Part shown: piece by piece, positions 60,859-64,000 of the stretch
How positions within the stretch are numbered: position 1 is the stretch's first letter
Layout: every line of letters begins with the position of its first letter
Source of the DNA: an uncultured Actinomycetota bacterium
Lineage (GTDB): Bacteria > Actinomycetota > Actinomycetes > JAHEKZ01
Assembly (NCBI GenBank): GCA_963718235.1
Contig: CAVQYR010000002.1
Coordinates: forward strand, 736,001-800,000
Length of the DNA stretch: 64,000 bases
Direction of reading: 5' to 3'
Notes under the pieces: generated by a model
Seen by the model: the letters and a program-made list of their open reading frames with translations, nothing else
Told to the model about the DNA's origin: nothing
The model's database searches: none
Translations under genes and position numbers: made by a program

Positions 60859-61185
60859 ATGAGTGCTGAGGACCTCGAACGCTACGAGGCCGACCTGGAG
60901 CTGCAGCTGTACCGCGAGTACCGCGACGTGGTCGGCCTGTTCGCCTACGTGGTGGAGACCGAGCGGCGCTTCTACCTCACGAACCACGTCGACCTGCAGG
61001 TGCGGGGCACCGACACCGGTGAGGTGTTCTTCGAGGCCACCATGAGCGACGCCTGGGTGTGGGACATGTACCGGCCGGCTCGCTTCGTCAAGAACGTCAA
61101 GGTCCTGACCTTCAAGGACGTCAACGTCGAGGAGCTGGCCGCCACCGACCTCGAGCCCCCCAAACCGCTCGGTTTCGACCGCTGA
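60859..61185 (+). CDS. DUF2469 family protein
   Basis: MSAEDLERYE..LELQLYREYRDVV, DAWVWDMYRPARFVK. Confidence 0.93.
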   Translation: MSAEDLERYEADLELQLYREYRDVVGLFAYVVETERRFYLTNHVDLQVRGTDTGEVFFEATMSDAWVWDMYRPARFVKNVKVLTFKDVNVEELAATDLEPPKPLGFDR

Positions 61186-61300
61186 CCGGTCGGCGAGGCT
61201 CGTCCCCAGGAATGGGGCACGGACGTCGTCCACACCCTCCGACGGGAGCCGCCCGCCCACGACCGATGACCGCCACTGTTGCGCGCGGAGGTGGTGACCG

Positions 61301-61660
61301 GTGCGGGCCAAGGACGGACTCGGACGGTACGGCGAGCAGGTGGCGGCCCAGCATCTGGTCGACCAGGGCCTGGTCGTGCTGGACCGCAACTGGCGGTGCG
61401 AGGTCGGCGAGATCGACATCGTGGCCCGCGACGGTGACACGCTGGTGGTGTGTGAGGTCAAGACCCGCAGCGGCTCCGGGTACGGCTCGCCACTGGAGGC
61501 GGTCACCGAGCAGAAGGCCCGGCGACTCCGCCGGTTGGCGGCTCGCTGGGTCCAGGCCAGCGGGCTGCACCCGTCGGCGATCAGGATCGACGTCGTCGCC
61601 GTGCTCGCCTCGGGGCGGGGGCCGGCCTCGGTGCAGCACGTGCGCGGAGTCGTCTGGTGA
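61301..61660 (+). CDS. yraN: YraN family PD-(D/E)XK nuclease
   Basis: LGRYGE, RNWRC..GEIDIVA, EVKTR. Confidence 0.92.
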   Translation: MRAKDGLGRYGEQVAAQHLVDQGLVVLDRNWRCEVGEIDIVARDGDTLVVCEVKTRSGSGYGSPLEAVTEQKARRLRRLAARWVQASGLHPSAIRIDVVAVLASGRGPASVQHVRGVVW

Positions 61661-63186
61661 CGGTCGCCCGCACCCGAACCGTGACCCTGGCCGGCGTCCA
61701 CGGGCATCTGGTCGACGTCGAGGCCGATGTGAGTCCGGGCCTGCCCAGGACGGTGCTGGTCGGCCTGCCCGACCCGGCGGTCAACGAGGCCCGGGACCGG
61801 GTGCGCGCGGCGCTGGTGAACTCAGGGCTGACCTGGCCGGACGCCCGGATCACGGTCAGCCTGTCCCCGGCCTGGGTCCGCAAGCGCGGCAGTGGGCTCG
61901 ACCTCGCCGTCGCCTGCGCGATCCTGGCCGCCACCGAGCAGGTGCCGACGGCGGGCGTCGGCAGCTCGGTGCTGCTGGGTGAGCTGGGGCTCGACGGAGC
62001 GGTGCGCCCGGTTCGGGGGGTGCTGCCGATGGTCCTGGCCGCTCTCGAGCGCGGGCACGACCACGTGGTCGTGGCCGCCGGCAACGCGGCCGAGGCCGCC
62101 CTCGTCCCGGACCTGAAGGTCGTCGCCGTCGACCGGCTGGTCGACCTGGTCGCCGTGCTCCGGGGCGAGGCCGAGCCAGTCCTCGTGCCGCGCACGCAGT
62201 GCCCGCCGAGCCACGATCCGGTGCCCGACCTCGCCGACGTCGTCGGGCAGCATGACGCCCGTCGAGCCCTGGAGATCGCAGCAGCCGGAGGGCACCACCT
62301 GCTGCTGCAGGGCGCGCCGGGCGCCGGCAAGACCCTGCTCGCGCAACGGCTGCCCGGGCTGCTACCTCCGCTCGACGAGCGGCAGCGGCTCGAGGTCACC
62401 GCGGTGCACTCGGTGGCCGGCGTCCTCCCACCGGACCGCCCACTGGTCGCGCACCCGCCGTTCCAGGCGCCGCACCACACCGCCACCGGTCCGGCTCTGG
62501 TCGGCGGCGGCAGCGGTGTGCCGAGACCGGGGGCCGTATCGCTCGCTCACCGCGGCGTGCTCTTCCTCGACGAGGCGCCGGAGTTCTCCCCTCGTGTCCT
62601 GCAGACCCTGCGCCAACCGCTCGAGAGCGGAGTGGTCACCGTCGCTCGGGCCGAGGCCGTTGTGCACTACCCGGCGAGCTTCCAGCTGGTCCTGGCGGCC
62701 AACCCCTGCCCTTGCGGTCGCCTCGTCGGTCGCGGGCTCGACTGCACGTGCACCCCCATCCAGAAGATGCGGTACACCGCGCGTCTGTCCGGGCCGCTGC
62801 TGGACCGGATCGACCTGCGGGTGGTGGTCCATCCGCTGACCCGTGAGCAGCTGGCCGAGGGGCTGGCCGGCGAGCCCAGTGACCGCGTGCGAGACCGGGT
62901 CGCAGTGGCCCGCGATCGGGCCGCCCGGCGCCTGACCGGCACCCCGTGGGTGACCAACGCCGCGGTACCTGGACGTGAGCTGCGCGGGCGCTTCCGGGTC
63001 GACCCTGACGCCATGGGCGACGTGTACGACCAGGTGGGCCGTGGAGCGCTGACGGCTCGCGGGGTCGACCGGGTACTGCGGATCGCCTGGACCCTGGCCG
63101 ACCTCACCGATCGTGACCGACCCGGGCCGGCCCAGGTGGGCGCCGCACTGCGGCTGCGGCAGGGAGAGTCGGCATGGGCGGCGTGA
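61657..63186 (+). CDS. comM: YifB/ComM Mg-chelatase-like AAA ATPase
   Basis: VGLPD, GAPGAGKT, PFQAPHH, LFLDEAPEF, NPCPCG, SGPLLDRID. Confidence 0.93.
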   Translation: MTVARTRTVTLAGVHGHLVDVEADVSPGLPRTVLVGLPDPAVNEARDRVRAALVNSGLTWPDARITVSLSPAWVRKRGSGLDLAVACAILAATEQVPTAGVGSSVLLGELGLDGAVRPVRGVLPMVLAALERGHDHVVVAAGNAAEAALVPDLKVVAVDRLVDLVAVLRGEAEPVLVPRTQCPPSHDPVPDLADVVGQHDARRALEIAAAGGHHLLLQGAPGAGKTLLAQRLPGLLPPLDERQRLEVTAVHSVAGVLPPDRPLVAHPPFQAPHHTATGPALVGGGSGVPRPGAVSLAHRGVLFLDEAPEFSPRVLQTLRQPLESGVVTVARAEAVVHYPASFQLVLAANPCPCGRLVGRGLDCTCTPIQKMRYTARLSGPLLDRIDLRVVVHPLTREQLAEGLAGEPSDRVRDRVAVARDRAARRLTGTPWVTNAAVPGRELRGRFRVDPDAMGDVYDQVGRGALTARGVDRVLRIAWTLADLTDRDRPGPAQVGAALRLRQGESAWAA

Positions 63187-64000
63187 GCGGGTCGAACGGC
63201 CAGCTCGACCCGGATCGGCGGGCCCGTGTCGTTCTCGCCCGGATCGCCGAGCCGGGTGACTCCGCCCTGGTCGAGGCGGTGCGGATCCGGGGGGCTCGCT
63301 CCGTGCTCGAGGCGATCGGTGAGCATCGTTCCGGCCTGCCCAACGAGCGGGGTTACCTCACCCGCCTCGACGGGCTCGACCCCCGCCGTGACCACGAGCA
63401 GCTGACCGACTGCGGCGCGCGCGTGGTCGTCCCCGGTGACCTCGAGTGGCCCAGCCAGCTCGACGACCTCGGGGCCACCACGCCCCTGGCGCTCTTCGTC
63501 CGCGGCTGCGACCTGCGCCGATGCGTCCTGCGGTCCGCAGCCGTGGTCGGTGCACGCGCAGCAACGACCTACGGGGTGAACGTCGCCAGTGACCTGGCCG
63601 CCGGGCTCTCCGACCGAGGCTGGGCGGTCGTGTCCGGCGGGGCGTACGGGATCGACGCGGCGGCTCACCGCGGGGCGCTGGCAGCGGGCGGGTTGACGGT
63701 GGCCGTCCTCGCCTGCGGGGTCGACGTGGCCTACCCGCGTGGCCATGTGGCCCTGCTCGAACGCGTGGCCGCGGAGGGTGTGGTCGTGAGCGAGCTCCCA
63801 CCGGGATGTCACCCGACCAAGAGCCGGTTCCTGACCAGGAACCGGCTGATCGCGGCCCTGTCCCGGGGCACCGTCGTGGTCGAGGCGGCCCACCGGTCGG
63901 GCGCGTTGAACACTGCGGCCGCGGCCCGTCGCCTGGGCCGCCCCCTGCTGGTGGTCCCTGGTCCGGTCACGTCGCCCCTGTCGGCCGGCACTCATCGACT
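63183..64000 (+). CDS. dprA: DNA-processing protein DprA (truncated by window end)
   Basis: VVGARAATTYG, VSGGAYGIDAAAHRGAL, RFLTRNRLIAALS, VVEAAHRSGALNTA; GTGA overlap with comM. Confidence 0.94.
   Translation, partial: MSGSNGQLDPDRRARVVLARIAEPGDSALVEAVRIRGARSVLEAIGEHRSGLPNERGYLTRLDGLDPRRDHEQLTDCGARVVVPGDLEWPSQLDDLGATTPLALFVRGCDLRRCVLRSAAVVGARAATTYGVNVASDLAAGLSDRGWAVVSGGAYGIDAAAHRGALAAGGLTVAVLACGVDVAYPRGHVALLERVAAEGVVVSELPPGCHPTKSRFLTRNRLIAALSRGTVVVEAAHRSGALNTAAAARRLGRPLLVVPGPVTSPLSAGTHR

Noticed and set aside
61301-64000. yraN-comM-dprA as a novel defence or competence island
   Set aside because: Well-known conserved cluster in its usual position.

Overview
High-GC actinobacterial chromosomal core region with F420 (cofC) and mycothiol (mscR) markers. 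Gene order: ilvB-ilvN-ilvC, marR/MFS, serA-leuB-ilvE, cimA, FAA hydrolase, gltX, tRNA-Gln/tRNA-Glu, mscR, ndgR/leuCD, HU, cofC-plsC-gpsA, ddl, thiL, rpmB, DAK2-recG-rsmD-coaD, rpmF-rnc-mutM, smc-ftsY-ffh, rpsP-khpA-rimM-trmD-rplS, 2x lepB, 2x NUDIX, rnhB, DUF2469-yraN-comM-dprA (partial). I saw no transposase, integrase, prophage or CRISPR array. Small accessory inserts interrupt the core order. The two most interesting are (i) a translationally coupled operon of a class III nucleotide cyclase-TM-extracellular beta-propeller receptor plus an orphan, non-lipidated family-5 solute-binding protein (57.2-60.7 kb), and (ii) a pseudo-PAP2/kinase/flippase-like protein clustered with two intact PAP2 phosphatases and a DUF2252 kinase-like protein (12.7-17.9 kb). 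Regulatory signals read directly from the DNA include two leader-peptide attenuators (ilvB, cimA), candidate NdgR, Rex/CRP and MarR operators, many leaderless promoters, two probable CTG starts and a structured rplS leader. Four genes carry frameshifts, which suggests residual sequencing or assembly errors. All family assignments come from motif recognition, not database searches.
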